Below, one piece after another: positions 26,810 through 28,390 of a DNA stretch of 28,390 nt (within the stretch, counting starts at the first letter, position 1; the number at the start of each line of letters is the position of its first letter). The stretch comes from Candidatus Hermodarchaeota archaeon (GTDB taxonomy: Archaea > Asgardarchaeota > Lokiarchaeia > Sigyniarchaeales > SOKP01): the NCBI GenBank assembly GCA_048885925.1, contig JBHLLG010000035.1:1-28390 (forward strand), read 5' to 3'. A program made the position numbers and the translations under genes. The notes beneath the pieces were generated by a model. That model was not told the DNA's origin. It worked only from the letters and a program-made list of their open reading frames with translations, and did not search any database.

Positions 26810-28018
26810 CTAAAGATATTCACTTTTAACTCTAGTTGTTAATGTGAGAATTAGTATCATTGCCCCTATTATAATAAAAACAGCAAAAAGATTCCACATT
26901 ACAATTATCCCGACAAATGGATAAATAATTGCCATGATTAGACTTCGAAACATGTTAATTGTACTAAGAACAGTTGCTCTATCTTCAGATTCGATTTGTT
27001 TATTTATTCCATTTACATAAATTAAAAATCTTGGATATCCAAACCCAACAATAATCAAAATAAAAGTTATCCCTAATATCGGATTCATAGTTAAACCTAA
27101 AAGAATAAAGGCAATACCGTTAATAATATCAATCAATACTAAAAGTATGACCTTCCTTTTAGTACTTTTAAATAATTTGGGAATTAAATTCATAAAAACT
27201 GCGTTGGCAATATTCATTAGAGAGGTTATGAATCCAAATAAAAGCAGAGGAACATTAACTGCTTGAAGATATGGTTGATAAGTCCAAAAAAGAAAATAGA
27301 TTAAAGCACCAATAAATACTCTGTCAAAACATAAAATTCTTAATACTTTATTCTTTTTTAATTCTCTAAATCCTTCTTTTAAAATATTTAAATAATTTCT
27401 CGAATATTTTTCATTTCTGTATGGAGGTTCTTTTAATGTTATTGTTATTAAGAATGCCCCAAAAAAGACTATTGCTAAACAATTCATAGTAAATTGTAAA
27501 GAAACCATTGCTGCAATAACGGATCCAAGTGGAGCGGATAGTGTTAATGCTATTAAATTTAATGTTTGTGTTCGTCCTAAAATTTTAGAGAGGTCTTTTT
27601 CCCTTCCGTACATTTTTAAGGTGTTATATAAAAATGCTTCCTGAGTGCCTGAAAATAAAGCCATACTAAATGCCCAAAAAGTCTCTGCTATAAAAAATAG
27701 AAAAATGATTGGATATATACTATAAAATATAGCTGCTGCAACTAAAGAAATACATGATAATGTTAATGCTTTTTTCCTTCCTAAATAATCAGCAATTGCA
27801 CCTGAAGGAATTTCAAAAAGAAAAATCATAAACATGAAATAACTTTGTAAGATCATCATTTCAAAAAACGTAAGTCCACCCCATTCAGTGCTGAATGCAT
27901 AATAAACAGCCCTGACCGTATGGATCCCTAAAATAAAATTCAAAATATAAGATTTGAAAATATTTAGCTTATACTTTTCCTTAGGATCTTCCACACATAT
28001 AACATTACATGTTTCCAT
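26810..28018 (-). CDS. MFS transporter
   Basis: About 12 TM helices; motif A FEIPSGAIADYLGRKKAL; FSGT.EAFLY; RATVLS. Confidence 0.9.
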   Translation of the reverse strand: METCNVICVEDPKEKYKLNIFKSYILNFILGIHTVRAVYYAFSTEWGGLTFFEMMILQSYFMFMIFLFEIPSGAIADYLGRKKALTLSCISLVAAAIFYSIYPIIFLFFIAETFWAFSMALFSGTQEAFLYNTLKMYGREKDLSKILGRTQTLNLIALTLSAPLGSVIAAMVSLQFTMNCLAIVFFGAFLITITLKEPPYRNEKYSRNYLNILKEGFRELKKNKVLRILCFDRVFIGALIYFLFWTYQPYLQAVNVPLLLFGFITSLMNIANAVFMNLIPKLFKSTKRKVILLVLIDIINGIAFILLGLTMNPILGITFILIIVGFGYPRFLIYVNGINKQIESEDRATVLSTINMFRSLIMAIIYPFVGIIVMWNLFAVFIIIGAMILILTLTTRVKSEYL

Positions 28019-28195
28019 ATGAATTTTAAAAATATTTTATGTTATAAATAGAGCTCTACTCTGAACTTTTTATGAACTTTTGAAGGAAAATTAGACAAAT
28101 AGTCATAATACTAGTCTTTTAATTTTTAATATTGGAAAAGAAAGAAGATATTTGAATAATCTAAAAATATAACAAGCTTGAATGAATATTTTGAA

Positions 28196-28221
28196 AATAA
28201 AGAAAAAAAAAAGAAAAAAAA
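28196..28221 (-). terminator. Oligo-T tracts downstream of the histone gene
   Basis: Long A-runs on + strand about 35-60 nt after the histone stop codon. Confidence 0.45.
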
Positions 28222-28255
28222 TTAGAATTTCAGTTAAAATATTAGTTATATATGA

Positions 28256-28390
28256 TTATTTTACTTTCATTGCTAAGTCCATATCCTGTAGAGTGAGTTT
28301 CTTACGTCCAGCGTGTCGAGTCATTTCAAGGGCTTTATTTGTCATACCTTTAGCTAACTTTTCTAAATAATCAATTAAAGCATCTACAGC
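28256..28390 (-). CDS. Archaeal histone (HMf-like fold), 5' end outside the window; missing from the ORF track
   Basis: Minus strand reads AVDALIDYLEKLAKGMTNKALEMTRHAGRKKLTLQDMDLAMKVK*, i.e. histone-fold helix 2, the (K/R)HAGRK loop and helix 3 with D.D.LA. Confidence 0.92.
   Translation of the reverse strand, partial: AVDALIDYLEKLAKGMTNKALEMTRHAGRKKLTLQDMDLAMKVK

Noticed and set aside
24866-28390. GNAT triplet acting as histone acetyltransferases because of proximity to the histone gene
   Set aside because: They are RimJ/RimL-type enzymes, separated from the histone by an MFS gene and a terminator-like tract. Proximity alone is not evidence.
1-28390. CRISPR arrays, rRNA genes, IS elements
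   Set aside because: No regularly spaced direct repeats, rRNA-like GC-rich tracts or transposase motifs were seen.

Overview
AT-rich archaeal chromosomal window, most consistent with an Asgard archaeon (Lokiarchaeia-like). This is inferred from an archaeal histone, an Sm/Lsm protein, a CCA-less tRNA-Arg(CCU), a tungsten-type AOR with MoaD/SAMP-like genes, multi-PAS histidine kinases and several eukaryote-signature-like proteins. The main discovery is at the left edge. A family III (CaiB/BaiF) CoA-transferase gene is interrupted by two tiny stop-containing insertions (29-61, 33 nt; 130-160, 31 nt). Each folds into a bulge-helix-bulge (BHB) motif whose canonical cut sites restore the conserved reading frame. 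These are probable tRNA-endonuclease-spliced mRNA introns in an ordinary metabolic gene. Also notable are a longin-like / FG-GAP beta-propeller / mu-homology-domain-like gene cluster resembling membrane-coat adaptor parts, a Ufm1-like beta-grasp protein without a terminal Gly, and an Lsm with a long eukaryote-like L4 loop. All family calls come from motif recognition by eye; no database searches were run.
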